Source: Candidatus Binatia bacterium (GTDB taxonomy: Bacteria; Desulfobacterota; Binatia; HRBIN30). From it: a stretch of DNA of 64,000 nucleotides. Shown here piece after piece: positions 9,718-19,162 of the stretch. The notes below the pieces were generated by a model. It made no database searches. It saw only the letters and a program-made list of their open reading frames with translations, and was not told the DNA's origin. The stretch's first letter is position 1; every line of letters begins with the position of its first letter. Position numbers and translations under genes: made by a program. The stretch is taken from assembly GCA_038245295.1 (NCBI GenBank), contig JBBRSP010000003.1:256001-320000 (forward strand), given 5' to 3'.

Positions 9718-10728
9718 ATGGCCGGCCGTCGACGTATCCGTGTCGTGCTCTATGCGGCTTCCGCGGGCCTGCTGGTTGGCGCGGTGGCCGCGGCTGTTTG
9801 GTTGCGTCAGCAACTCCTGGCGCCGGTAACCCCGCCGGCTGGCGGCGTGCTGGTCCGGGTCGCCATGGGAGAGCCGTTCCCAGAGGTTTTGCAGGCTCTG
9901 ACCGACGCAGGCCTGTTGCCGTTCCCGCTGGTGGCGCGGCTGTGGGCACGATCGTCGGGCGTCGACCGGACGATTCGGCCGGGAGACTATTTGTTCACCG
10001 AGCCACGTAGCCTCATCGAGATCCTCGATACCCTACGCAACGGGACTGTCACCACGGATCGAGTGACGATTCCCGAAGGTTACACCTTGCGTCAGATCGC
10101 CGACGCCGTGAGTTTGGTTGGTTTGGCGTCGGCCGATCAGTTTCTGTGCACGGCGCGCGATCCAGAGTTCCTAGAGAGCCACGGATTACCGGCCACCGGT
10201 GTGGAAGGCTACCTCTTCCCGGATACCTATGAGTTCCCGGTCCGCGCCACGACAGAGATGATGCTCAACGCCATGTTGAGCCGCTTTCAGCAGCAGAGCG
10301 CGAGCCTCGATGGCGAGCGCGCCGGCAGCCGCTTCAACAGGCACCAGTGGGTGACACTCGCGTCGATCGTTGAGAAGGAGGCTCACGTAGCCGTCGACCG
10401 CGCTCTGATCGCCGCTGTCTTCCGCAATCGATTGCAACTGGGAATGCGACTACAGGCCGATCCCACTGCCGTCTACGAACGCGACGAACCGGGGAAGGTA
10501 CGTCCCGAAGACCTCGAGATAGAGTCGCCGTACAACACGTACTTGAACGCCGGTCTGCCGCCGGGGCCGATCTGTAATCCCGGACTGGCGAGCCTGCACG
10601 CCGCAGCCCATCCGGCGGAAGTCGACTATCTCTATTTCGTCGCCAGGGGCGATGGCTCACATGTGTTCTCGAAGACGCTCGACGAGCACAATACGCATGT
10701 CGCCGAGTTGCGGCGCTCCCGACGCTGA
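9718..10728 (+). CDS. mltG: Endolytic transglycosylase MltG
   Basis: N-terminal TM; TIPEG, EGYLFPDTY, LASIVEKE, LQADPT, SPYNTY..GLPPGPICNPG. Confidence 0.92.
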   Translation: MAGRRRIRVVLYAASAGLLVGAVAAAVWLRQQLLAPVTPPAGGVLVRVAMGEPFPEVLQALTDAGLLPFPLVARLWARSSGVDRTIRPGDYLFTEPRSLIEILDTLRNGTVTTDRVTIPEGYTLRQIADAVSLVGLASADQFLCTARDPEFLESHGLPATGVEGYLFPDTYEFPVRATTEMMLNAMLSRFQQQSASLDGERAGSRFNRHQWVTLASIVEKEAHVAVDRALIAAVFRNRLQLGMRLQADPTAVYERDEPGKVRPEDLEIESPYNTYLNAGLPPGPICNPGLASLHAAAHPAEVDYLYFVARGDGSHVFSKTLDEHNTHVAELRRSRR

Positions 10729-10789
10729 GGCCGACCCTTGACCGTGATTTGGAAACTCGTCATTCAATGACGTCGAACAGGGAGGAACG

Positions 10790-10963
10790 ATGGCCCAGAA
10801 GCTGAACGCTTGCTGTGAGGCGGCGCGTGCCGAATACGTGGCTCGGGTAGTCAAATCGACCCGCAGTTACCCGATCATCAAGTCGATTCCTTGTCCGACC
10901 TGTCGATCCATTGTGCCCATTCGTCTCTACGGTCCCCCTCCTTCTGAATCGGACGCCGCCTAG
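10790..10963 (+). CDS. 57-aa microprotein with CC...CPTC, putative zinc-binding
   Basis: GGAGG RBS; MAQKLNACCEAARAEYVARVVKSTRSYPIIKSIPCPTCRSIVPIRLYGPPPSESDAA*. Below the ORF-track cutoff. Confidence 0.75.
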   Translation: MAQKLNACCEAARAEYVARVVKSTRSYPIIKSIPCPTCRSIVPIRLYGPPPSESDAA

Positions 10964-10981
10964 GCGGCGTTGTCAGCCCCA

Positions 10982-11860
10982 ATGTCTCGTGCCTACGCTC
11001 GCGCTGCGGCCGCGGTTCTTAGCGCTGCAGCGGTAGCGCTGGTGTGGTTGCCTTACTGGCCCTCGGCGGGAGCGGACCGCTGGCTGATTGCCGTGGCCAT
11101 TCTGCTCTTCGCTCTGCATGGTTTGGTGTATGTCGTAGCGGAACAGGTTTACGGATCAGTTCCTGCCATCATCGCCGTGGTGACTCTCGGCTGTGCGGTG
11201 TCGGCATTTCGCGATGCCGGTATCGTGTTTGCGGATGTCGCTTCGACGCTGGTATACGTCGCCGCCGTCTACTCTCTGAGCCGCAACAGCCTCGATCCGA
11301 CACCGCAAGGGATCGTCCTTGCTGCGTTGGCCTGTGCGCTCACGGCCCTGGGCCCAATCGGAATCGAAGGGCTGGGCTTTCTGGCGGCCGCGATTACGCT
11401 GGCGCGCGCCCTGTCTCCGACGCCGCGCGAGCCGTGGCTGCGGAGCGTGCACGGCGCCGCGGTAGCGACGCTCTTAGCCGTAGCGACGGGTGGGCTGCTC
11501 GCTTCCGGCCTGGAACACCTGGGGCCCGGGATTGACGGCGCGTTTCGCTGTGCCACCGAGATGCCCAATCCATTACACTATGCGCCGCTGCTGATCCTCC
11601 TCGTCGTCGTGCTGACCCGTCCTTGGCGGAAGCATCGGCGGCACACCGATCTGTGCTCGGTTGGCGGTGTGAGTGTGCTTGTCTGGCTGTTCCTCGGCAG
11701 CGACGAGGCGGCGCGGCGCCTGGCGAGTTACGCGGTCTGGCCCCTACTGGCGCAGTTGGCGGCGGGGCAGTTCGATTCGGCCACCGGCGAGGCCCGGCGC
11801 TCACTGGTGGTCGGCGTGCTTGTAGTCGCGTTGATTGCGTCGTCTGGGCTTTTGGGCTGA
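10982..11860 (+). CDS. Hypothetical multi-pass membrane protein
   Basis: Long hydrophobic ORF with many predicted TM segments. Confidence 0.55.
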   Translation: MSRAYARAAAAVLSAAAVALVWLPYWPSAGADRWLIAVAILLFALHGLVYVVAEQVYGSVPAIIAVVTLGCAVSAFRDAGIVFADVASTLVYVAAVYSLSRNSLDPTPQGIVLAALACALTALGPIGIEGLGFLAAAITLARALSPTPREPWLRSVHGAAVATLLAVATGGLLASGLEHLGPGIDGAFRCATEMPNPLHYAPLLILLVVVLTRPWRKHRRHTDLCSVGGVSVLVWLFLGSDEAARRLASYAVWPLLAQLAAGQFDSATGEARRSLVVGVLVVALIASSGLLG

Positions 11861-11942
11861 GGACGCCGAGGAGTCCGGAGAGCGGGGCACTCGCGGACTG
11901 AGAATCGAGAGTAGAAAACCGATAGATCGGGGTTGGACGGGA

Positions 11943-11982
11943 CCGTTCGGGGTGGCGTCAGGGGAAACGTCACCCCGAACGG
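11943..11982. terminator. 16-bp hairpin between convergent genes
   Basis: ccgttcggggtggcgt / acgtcaccccgaacgg, one G-U pair; no U tract. Confidence 0.55.
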
Positions 11983-12004
11983 GTGTTGGGGAAGGAACGG
12001 GGGG

Positions 12005-12154
12005 TTATTTCGCGGGTCGATCTTTGGGGCGTTGCTTCAATGCTGTCTTTGCCACGGAGGGAGACGAGGTGGAGGCAACGGGGCGGCGCAGTGCCACAAC
12101 CATCTTCCAGTCACGTACGGCCTTCGACCACTTGCCCACTGCGATTACCTGCAT
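12005..12154 (-). CDS. 49-aa basic microprotein, sigma54-preceded
   Basis: MQVIAVGKWSKAVRDWKMVVALRRPVASTSSPSVAKTALKQRPKDRPAK*; GGAGG RBS and consensus sigma54 site upstream. Confidence 0.55.
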   Translation of the reverse strand: MQVIAVGKWSKAVRDWKMVVALRRPVASTSSPSVAKTALKQRPKDRPAK

Positions 12155-12187
12155 CGCTCTCCACCTCCATGCACGCCCTTAGGTAAG

Positions 12188-12202
12188 GCAAGCGCCGTGC
12201 CA
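12188..12202 (-). promoter_or_regulatory. sigma54 (-24/-12) promoter
   Basis: Minus strand TGGCACGGCGCTTGC matches TGGCAC-N5-TTGC; palindrome CGTACA-N4-TGTACG at 12243-12258 upstream. Confidence 0.75.
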
Positions 12203-12390
12203 GGCTGTCATTGGGAGACAAAGGGCGAAACGATGGGTTGATCGTACAGTCATGTACGGCGGTGCGCAGCAGCTAGGAACAAATGTGCGCGAAGTGCGCC
12301 GCGCCGGGATTACACCCTGACGAGCGGATGCGGCCCGTGTGACCGACAATTGCGGTGTGCCACTCGGCGTTGTATCGCCAAGCCCCACAT

Positions 12391-13623
12391 ATGAGCTCGT
12401 TGTCCCCAACCGAACGCCGCCAGTTGATTCTCTACCTCTCCAGTCGATTCTGTTCCGCCGCGGCTTTGACCATGTTGCGCTCGACAGTCTCTTGGCATGT
12501 ATTCGACCTTACCCATTCTCCGGCCTACCTTGGTTTCGTTGGCCTCGTGCAATTTGCTCCGCCGCTACTCCTCTCGCTCTTCGCCGGAGTCGTGGCGGAT
12601 CGGTTCGACCGCCGCCGCATCGTCATGGTGGGGCAGACGGTGAGTGCCAGTGTCGCGGCGATGCTGGCGTTGGGGACAGCCCATGATCAGATAACCCTGC
12701 TGCTGATCTTTGCCGGTGTGGTGACCATCTCCGCGGCGGCTACGTTTCAGAACCCGGCTGGTGCGGCGATTCTCCCGTCGATCATGCGCCTCGAGGTGTT
12801 GCCTCGCGTCGTAACGATCGCCTCGACCGGGCAGGCGTTGGCTTTTGCGTCGGGGCCGGCGATCGGCGGCGTGATCATCGGCAGTGCAGGGATTGTTCGT
12901 GCCTACGCGACCGTAACCGGGCTGTTGTGCTTGTCGTTGCTGCTCCTGTCACGCATGCGCTACACGCCGCGCTCGCAGGAGCGCACGGCCCTGTCGTGGG
13001 CCTCGATGGTCGAGGGCGTACGCTTTCTGGCGAGCAATCGCGTCATCCTGGGTTGCATGACCCTCGATATGTTTGCGGTGATCTTCGGCGGCGCTGTCGC
13101 CCTTCTGCCGATTTATGCGAATGAGATTCTGAAGGTCGGGGCCCACGGGTACGGCGTCTTGTCTGCCTCGATGGAGGTTGGTGCGCTCAGCACTTCGCTG
13201 GTGCTGATGTTCCGTCGACCGATCCAACGCTCGGGGCGAGCCATGCTGATCGCGATTGGCGTGTTCGGCGTCGCGACGATGATCTTCGGGGCGTCACGCT
13301 CGTTCCCGTTGTCGATTGCGGCGTACATGCTGGCGGGCATGGCGGACCAGGTCAGCGTCGTCATGCGCCACACGATGATTCAGCTCAACACGCCGGATGT
13401 CTTGCGCGGCCGCGTCAGCGCCGTCAATTTCATTTTCATCGGTGCCTCGAATCAGTTGGGCGCAGCCGAATCCGGGTTCGTCGCGGCCCTCACCAGCGCG
13501 CCGTTTTCGGTCGTCAGCGGCGGATTCGGTTGTCTCGTGGTGCTGGCGGTGGTGTCGTATCTGATTCCGGAACTGCGCCGTTATCACGTGGCGACGCGCA
13601 ACGTCGCTACTTCGCCAGCCTAG
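12391..13623 (+). CDS. MFS transporter (MFS_3-like)
   Basis: GVVADRFDRRRI motif A; TPDVLRGRV; about 12 TM. Confidence 0.88.
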   Translation: MSSLSPTERRQLILYLSSRFCSAAALTMLRSTVSWHVFDLTHSPAYLGFVGLVQFAPPLLLSLFAGVVADRFDRRRIVMVGQTVSASVAAMLALGTAHDQITLLLIFAGVVTISAAATFQNPAGAAILPSIMRLEVLPRVVTIASTGQALAFASGPAIGGVIIGSAGIVRAYATVTGLLCLSLLLLSRMRYTPRSQERTALSWASMVEGVRFLASNRVILGCMTLDMFAVIFGGAVALLPIYANEILKVGAHGYGVLSASMEVGALSTSLVLMFRRPIQRSGRAMLIAIGVFGVATMIFGASRSFPLSIAAYMLAGMADQVSVVMRHTMIQLNTPDVLRGRVSAVNFIFIGASNQLGAAESGFVAALTSAPFSVVSGGFGCLVVLAVVSYLIPELRRYHVATRNVATSPA

Positions 13624-13699
13624 TGTCGTTGGGAAGGTCGCGCCCGACCGCTTGCCGGTGTCTTAGCGCCACGCTTCGTGGCAACATTGGAACGACGCC

Positions 13700-14374
13700 A
13701 TGCCGATTCTACGCTTTCCTGATCCTCGTTCCGCCACGCCTGAGGGCATCGTTGCCGTCGGCGGTGACCTGCATCCCGATTCTCTCCTGTTGGCCTACCG
13801 CCAGGGCATCTTTCCGTGGCCGTCGCCGGGGTATCCGCTGCTGTGGTTTTGCCCGCCGGAACGGGCCGTGCTCGAGTTTGAGGCTTTGCACGTGCCGCGC
13901 AGCCTGCGTGCCGCGCGCCGGCAGAGCGGCCTGCGCTTTACGTTCGACAAAGCCTTCACGGATGTCATCCAATCGTGCGCCGCGATGGCCCGACCTGGGC
14001 AAGATGGCACGTGGATCACGCCGCAGATCATTGCTGCCTACACTCGACTGCACCAACTGGGCATCGCGCACTCGGCCGAAGCGTGGGAGGGGGGGCGGCT
14101 GGTTGGCGGTTTGTACGGTGTCGACGTCGATGGCGCATTCGCGGCGGAAAGCATGTTCTACCGCGCCCCGAACGCCTCGAAGCTGGCGCTGCTCTATCTC
14201 ATCGAGCATTTGGGCAAGGCGGGTCTCGATTGGATCGACGTTCAAGTCATTACTCCGCACGTCGAACGGCTCGGGGCACGCCCGATCCCGCGCGATGAGT
14301 TCCTCGACCGCTTGCGGGCGACGCGGACGCGCGGTCTCCGGCACTTCGCGCCGCAGTCATCCTCGCCGGCGTGA
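13700..14374 (+). CDS. aat: Leucyl/phenylalanyl-tRNA--protein transferase
   Basis: GGDL..LLLAYRQGIFPW, GTWIT, HSAEAW..LVGGLYG, ESMF..NASK. Confidence 0.95.
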   Translation: MPILRFPDPRSATPEGIVAVGGDLHPDSLLLAYRQGIFPWPSPGYPLLWFCPPERAVLEFEALHVPRSLRAARRQSGLRFTFDKAFTDVIQSCAAMARPGQDGTWITPQIIAAYTRLHQLGIAHSAEAWEGGRLVGGLYGVDVDGAFAAESMFYRAPNASKLALLYLIEHLGKAGLDWIDVQVITPHVERLGARPIPRDEFLDRLRATRTRGLRHFAPQSSSPA

Positions 14375-15340
14375 GGTTCGCGCCGATCCACGGTGCAGCG
14401 ATGCAGCGCTGGAATCGGCCGGCGTGTCCGTATGCGTCGCCCTATGGCGCGAGATCGCCGCTGGCCCGGTTGCGAAGGCGAAGACACCGCTGGCGGTGGT
14501 CAACAGACCAAGCCACTGCATCGGCGTGGGTGACTCACCGAGCAACAGGAACGTCGAGCCAATCGACAATAGGGGAATCGAGGGGACAACGATGGCGGTT
14601 GTGCGCGCCAGGTCGAGGCGCACGACGGCGGCGTACCACACCGTCGTTCCCATGTAGCTGAGCACTACGCCCTGCAAGGCCAGCAAGGGGATTGTCGGCT
14701 GCACGCTCTGCCAGTCCGGCAGACGCCCCCAGCCACCCAAGAGGAGCCAGATAGCCGTCAGCGCCAGTCCGCCGTAGATGTACCGCGCCCCGGAAAGGAC
14801 TTGCGGTGACACACCACGTAGGCCGCGCAGGACGACGAGGTGTGACAGTTGCCACGACAGTGGCGTTACCAACAACAGCCACACACCCAGCGACGGTGAC
14901 ATGCTGGCGCTGCCGATGGCCAGGGCGACGCCGGCAACGATCGCCAACACGGCAAACAGCCGGCGCCGCGTCGGCGTTTCTCCCAAGCCGAGCCAGGCGA
15001 TCAGCAAGGCGAAGACCGGCTCAGACTGCAGGCATAAGGTCGCCTCGATGGCGCTGGCGCGCTGCGCCCCGGCGAAGAAGAGCAGGAACGCCACCACACT
15101 GCCGAGCGACCCGACGAGGAAGAGCAGCGGCCCGTGCCGACGGTTGAACAACGCGCCGACTTCTCCACGCACCAGCAGCACGCCGAGCGCCGCGAGACCG
15201 CCGAACACGGTAGTGGCCATGGCGACAAAAAAGGCATCACCAGCGTTCGTCGTCAGCTTGGCGATGGCTGGGACAAAGGCGCCGTTGAGAGCGCACAGCG
15301 CCGCGAAGAAGACTCCGGCGCGTTCCTCGGATGTGCGCAT
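14357..15340 (-). CDS. DMT/EamA family transporter
   Basis: Two EamA repeats ending LGE; about 10 TM. Confidence 0.85.
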   Translation of the reverse strand: MRTSEERAGVFFAALCALNGAFVPAIAKLTTNAGDAFFVAMATTVFGGLAALGVLLVRGEVGALFNRRHGPLLFLVGSLGSVVAFLLFFAGAQRASAIEATLCLQSEPVFALLIAWLGLGETPTRRRLFAVLAIVAGVALAIGSASMSPSLGVWLLLVTPLSWQLSHLVVLRGLRGVSPQVLSGARYIYGGLALTAIWLLLGGWGRLPDWQSVQPTIPLLALQGVVLSYMGTTVWYAAVVRLDLARTTAIVVPSIPLLSIGSTFLLLGESPTPMQWLGLLTTASGVFAFATGPAAISRHRATHTDTPADSSAASLHRGSARTSRRRG

Positions 15341-15453
15341 GCGGCGCTCTTAGGGACTCGACTGTCGGGGCGCAACCAGAGATCGCTCAAACAGACTTGC
15401 GCCGCCACCATCCTCGTGGAAGATGCCGGACTTCAGAAGAAAGGAAGGGCGTT

Positions 15454-16389
15454 ATGGCACATCCAATTCGCTTCGGAATTCAGACGGGACAACAGAACAT
15501 CGAGTGGAAGGACATGCTGAGCCTCTGGCAGAAGATCGATGCCTGGGGATACGACTCGGTTTGGAACTACGATCACTTCTATCCGCTGTTCGTCGATCCG
15601 GAAGGCTCGTGCCTCGAAGGATGGACAACGTTGAGCGCCCTGGCCCAGGCCACGAAGCGTGTGCGCATCGGCCATCTGGTCAACGGCAATACCTATCGCC
15701 ATCCGTGTGTGCTCGCCAAGATGGCCTGCACTCTCGATCACATCAGCGGCGGCCGCCTCAATCTCGGCATCGGCGCCGCCTGGTTCCAGCTCGAACACGA
15801 CAACTTCGGCATCGACTTCAAGACCGTTCGCGGCCGCCTCGATGCTCTCGACGAGTCGTGCCGCATCCTGCGCAGCATGTTCACCCAGCAGAAAACCACG
15901 CTGCATGGCAAACACTATCACGTCACCGACGCGCTCTGCGTACCGAAGCCGGTGCAGAAGCCGGGGCCGCCAATCATGATCGGCGGCACCGGACAGAAGA
16001 TCCTGCTGCGCATCGTGGCTGAACATGCGGACATGTGGAACGCCATGGGCAGTGCTGAGGATCTCAAGGCGTTGATCGATATCATCCGCAAACATGGCGA
16101 GACGGTGAAGCGCGACACCGACCAGATCGAGAAGACGGTTGCCATGGCGCTCTGTTACAATAACCCGGGGCGCGAAGAGATGGTGACGCAGATGGTGTCG
16201 ATGATGCGCCAGAAGCCGGCAAACGAGGCGCGCCAGCTCATTATGATCGGCAATAAACAGGAGTGTATCGATACAATTGGGCGTTACTCGAAGGCCGGTC
16301 TGACACACTTCATCTTCATGCTGATGCCGCCGTATGAGCTCGAGGAGATTCAGGCCTTCGCTGAAGAAGTCATCCCGGCCTTTCGGTAA
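15454..16389 (+). CDS. LLM-class (probably F420-dependent) oxidoreductase
   Basis: DSVWNYDHFYP, EGWTTLSALA, YRHP.VLAKM..TLDHISGGR, PKPVQKP.PPIMIGG. Confidence 0.88.
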   Translation: MAHPIRFGIQTGQQNIEWKDMLSLWQKIDAWGYDSVWNYDHFYPLFVDPEGSCLEGWTTLSALAQATKRVRIGHLVNGNTYRHPCVLAKMACTLDHISGGRLNLGIGAAWFQLEHDNFGIDFKTVRGRLDALDESCRILRSMFTQQKTTLHGKHYHVTDALCVPKPVQKPGPPIMIGGTGQKILLRIVAEHADMWNAMGSAEDLKALIDIIRKHGETVKRDTDQIEKTVAMALCYNNPGREEMVTQMVSMMRQKPANEARQLIMIGNKQECIDTIGRYSKAGLTHFIFMLMPPYELEEIQAFAEEVIPAFR

Positions 16390-16438
16390 CCAGGCGAGCA
16401 CGGCAAGCTAAGAGGGACGGACAACCAACCAACCGGAG

Positions 16439-16626
16439 GGTAGTGTCTCAGTTTGACCTGTTGGCGGCTGCCGGGTGGTGGATCCCATCGCGGAGCGCGC
16501 CACTCCGTGGCGCCCATCGCTGGAATCCAAGCCCGCAGCGGGTAAGGTTCCGTCTCCGGGCGCCACGGAGTGGTGCGCTCCGATTAGAGAGCATCGGCGG
16601 GCATGGATCCCAAATTGAGCACTACC
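16439..16626. mobile_element. MITE-like non-autonomous element (188 bp)
   Basis: Imperfect TIRs ggtagtgtctcagtttg / caaattgagcactacc; 7-bp direct repeat accggag at 16432-16438 and 16627-16633; internal 25-bp inverted repeat. Confidence 0.75.
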
Positions 16627-16662
16627 ACCGGAGGCGACACTCCTCGTTGGCCGGTTGTCCTC

Positions 16663-19023
16663 CTATTTCTTCCAGGTCCAACCTTCGATGCCGAGGCCCT
16701 TCTCCGGGTTGTATCCCGTCGTGTAGGCGCGCACGACGCCGGCGTTGTCGATCAAGACGAAGGTCGGTGTGCCGCTGACGCCGTAGGTCTGCGACGTTTT
16801 GCGGTAGTCGTCCATGACCACCGTGTTGGGGAACTCGGGGGTGAAGATTTTGAAGAACTCATCGAGGCGGTCCTTTGCTTCGTCGGTGATCGCCACCACC
16901 TGCACCTTGCGTTGCTTGGCGAATGCCACCACTTCCGGCAACGACGCCTTACAGGGCCCGCACCACGTGGCCCAAAAGAAGAGAAGGTGGTCACCAGTGC
17001 CGACCAGCGTCTTTGGCGGATCGCCGCGATACGGGTCCATGCTCAGCGGCGGTGCCGCGCTGCCGACCTTGGGCGGTCCGGGCAACTCGGGCCACTTCAG
17101 CGGGAACTCCTTCGGGGTAATGGTCAACGTCATTCCGTGAGTGTCGCGCAGCACCGCAAGTTTCTTGGCGTCGCCGATCTTCGACATCATCGTCCAGGAT
17201 CGTACTTCGCCGCGTTCGGTAAACGGCTTGTCGGGCGTGCCGAGGACGACGTCACCCACTTGCAAGCCAGCCGTGGCAGCAGGCGACTCGGGATAAACGG
17301 CGACGATGGCAGCCGCGCCAGGCGGCAGCTTGTTCTCCGTCACCACTTCTGGCTTCGGATCGCGGAACTGGATGCCCAGCCAGGCCGGCAATGACTCCTG
17401 CGCTCGGACAACGTCTTCTTTGAACTCGGGAAAGGGTTTGGTCGCGACGAGCTCGGGTCCCGGTAAAGTCGTGCCGGGCAACGTCAGATCCTCGCAGTGT
17501 ACGAGACTCGCATAGGCGGCGCGCTGTTCGGGCGTTGCTTTGGTCGCGATGTAGACGCGTCCGGCGATGCTGGTCAGTACCTTGCGCATGCGCAACACCA
17601 CACCCAGCCGAACCTCCATGCGGTAGCTGATGGCCGCCGCCGAGCGTCCCTTGCGCCGCAGGATGTGGAGTTTGTTCTTGGTTACCGGGTCTGTGTCGGT
17701 GAACTGCTGCATCCTGGCGATCAGGTCGGTGGTGGTTGTGGCGAGGCTGGTGGCGTCGAGGTCTTTGAGCACGGCGGGTGTTGAACGCACGGCCCAGTCG
17801 GGAAATGTCGCGACGAAGCGTTCGAAGTTTGCCGAGTTGCTATCGTGGAGGGCACCGCGCCAGGCACGGCTGGTGTTCTTCATCTGGTCGGCAATGAGCG
17901 GCAATTGCTTCGTCTGTTCGGCGATCTCACTGAGGGTGCGTGGACTGAAGATGCCGTAGGCTTTGCCGATCCGGTCGAGGAGTCGAACATCGGGCTCCCA
18001 ACTGGCTTTGGTCGCCCAGGCCACCTGGAGCAACTGATCGACCAACGCGTCGACGGCGCCGGGCTTGTCACCCGCCGCCTGCCGCAGGAGGCGCTCCAGG
18101 TACTCGTCCGAGGTGCGTAGCGGCACGTCGGGCGATGCATCGCTAACCAGCGTGCGCGTATGCGCCTCCGAGAAATTATGGGTCTGCGCCAAACCTTGGA
18201 AGAAGTGGAACGAGTGACCGACGTTGCGGCGGCCGCGGTTCTCGGGATAGCAGCCATAGGCGGGGCGATCGGCCGTCGAGGAAAAATAGCCGCAGACATT
18301 GCCAGTTGGTTGGCTGTCCTTGGCGTGCACGTCGAGCAGGTTCGCGAAGGCACCCGAGTAACATTGCGACATGAGAGTCACGACCCGAACTTGCGGTGGC
18401 AGCAACTCCATCATGTCGCGCAGCTCCTTGACGGAAAGCTTGGCGTCCTTGCCCCATAGGATGATGTGATTGTCGTTGAGATCGGTCGGATTACGGGTGC
18501 CGTGATCGGTTACGTACAACAGCACCGTATCACCGGCCGTAAGCACCTTCGCGGCGGCTTCGAACCAACCGCGGATGGCGTCCTTACTGGCCGACTGGAC
18601 CGGCATGCCGGGGACTACCGAGTTACTGTAGGTGACCTGGCCGCGCAGCCACGGTTCAATGCGAGAACCTTCGAGGAGCCAGAAGCCCTTTTCCGGACTC
18701 CCCTCGCGGACGGCGACATCGCCATCCGGATTGTCGCCGTCGGCGTTGAAAATCGAGATGCGCTCGTCGGCAATGCCGGCGGCGCGCATCATTTCGAGCA
18801 GTTGTTGGATGTGCAGCAGGTGTGATTGGTAATTCTGTTCCCGGCCACCGCCGCCGTTGATCATCAGGACATGCAGGTGGCTCGCCGCCACGGCGTCGGT
18901 GCGCACGATCGCGGCGGCAGGCTCGATCGGTTGATGCTGGGCCGGGGCGCACCCAGTACATCCGGCGAGATTCAAGAGGAGGGCGAGGCCCGCGAACCAT
19001 CCGCGTTGTCGTGACAAGATCAT
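16663..19023 (-). CDS. Lipoprotein: caspase/legumain-fold (C13/C14-like) protease + PDZ + TlpA-like thioredoxin
   Basis: LAGC lipobox; VLLYVTDHG and VTLMSQCYSGAF dyad; WLGI..VYPESPAATAGLQVGDVV PDZ; FWATWCGPC..YGVSGTPT. Confidence 0.8.
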   Translation of the reverse strand: MILSRQRGWFAGLALLLNLAGCTGCAPAQHQPIEPAAAIVRTDAVAASHLHVLMINGGGGREQNYQSHLLHIQQLLEMMRAAGIADERISIFNADGDNPDGDVAVREGSPEKGFWLLEGSRIEPWLRGQVTYSNSVVPGMPVQSASKDAIRGWFEAAAKVLTAGDTVLLYVTDHGTRNPTDLNDNHIILWGKDAKLSVKELRDMMELLPPQVRVVTLMSQCYSGAFANLLDVHAKDSQPTGNVCGYFSSTADRPAYGCYPENRGRRNVGHSFHFFQGLAQTHNFSEAHTRTLVSDASPDVPLRTSDEYLERLLRQAAGDKPGAVDALVDQLLQVAWATKASWEPDVRLLDRIGKAYGIFSPRTLSEIAEQTKQLPLIADQMKNTSRAWRGALHDSNSANFERFVATFPDWAVRSTPAVLKDLDATSLATTTTDLIARMQQFTDTDPVTKNKLHILRRKGRSAAAISYRMEVRLGVVLRMRKVLTSIAGRVYIATKATPEQRAAYASLVHCEDLTLPGTTLPGPELVATKPFPEFKEDVVRAQESLPAWLGIQFRDPKPEVVTENKLPPGAAAIVAVYPESPAATAGLQVGDVVLGTPDKPFTERGEVRSWTMMSKIGDAKKLAVLRDTHGMTLTITPKEFPLKWPELPGPPKVGSAAPPLSMDPYRGDPPKTLVGTGDHLLFFWATWCGPCKASLPEVVAFAKQRKVQVVAITDEAKDRLDEFFKIFTPEFPNTVVMDDYRKTSQTYGVSGTPTFVLIDNAGVVRAYTTGYNPEKGLGIEGWTWKK

Positions 19024-19162
19024 CAGGGCGCTTCCCGTAGCAGAGGCGCGGCGGCCGACACAATTCGCCGTGGCCAGCCGACACAAGCTCAGGGTGTGGG
19101 CTGTTTGACGCTCGCCTTCCAGTGATTGGCGTCGGCGCGCGTCACTCGGATGTCACTCGAGA

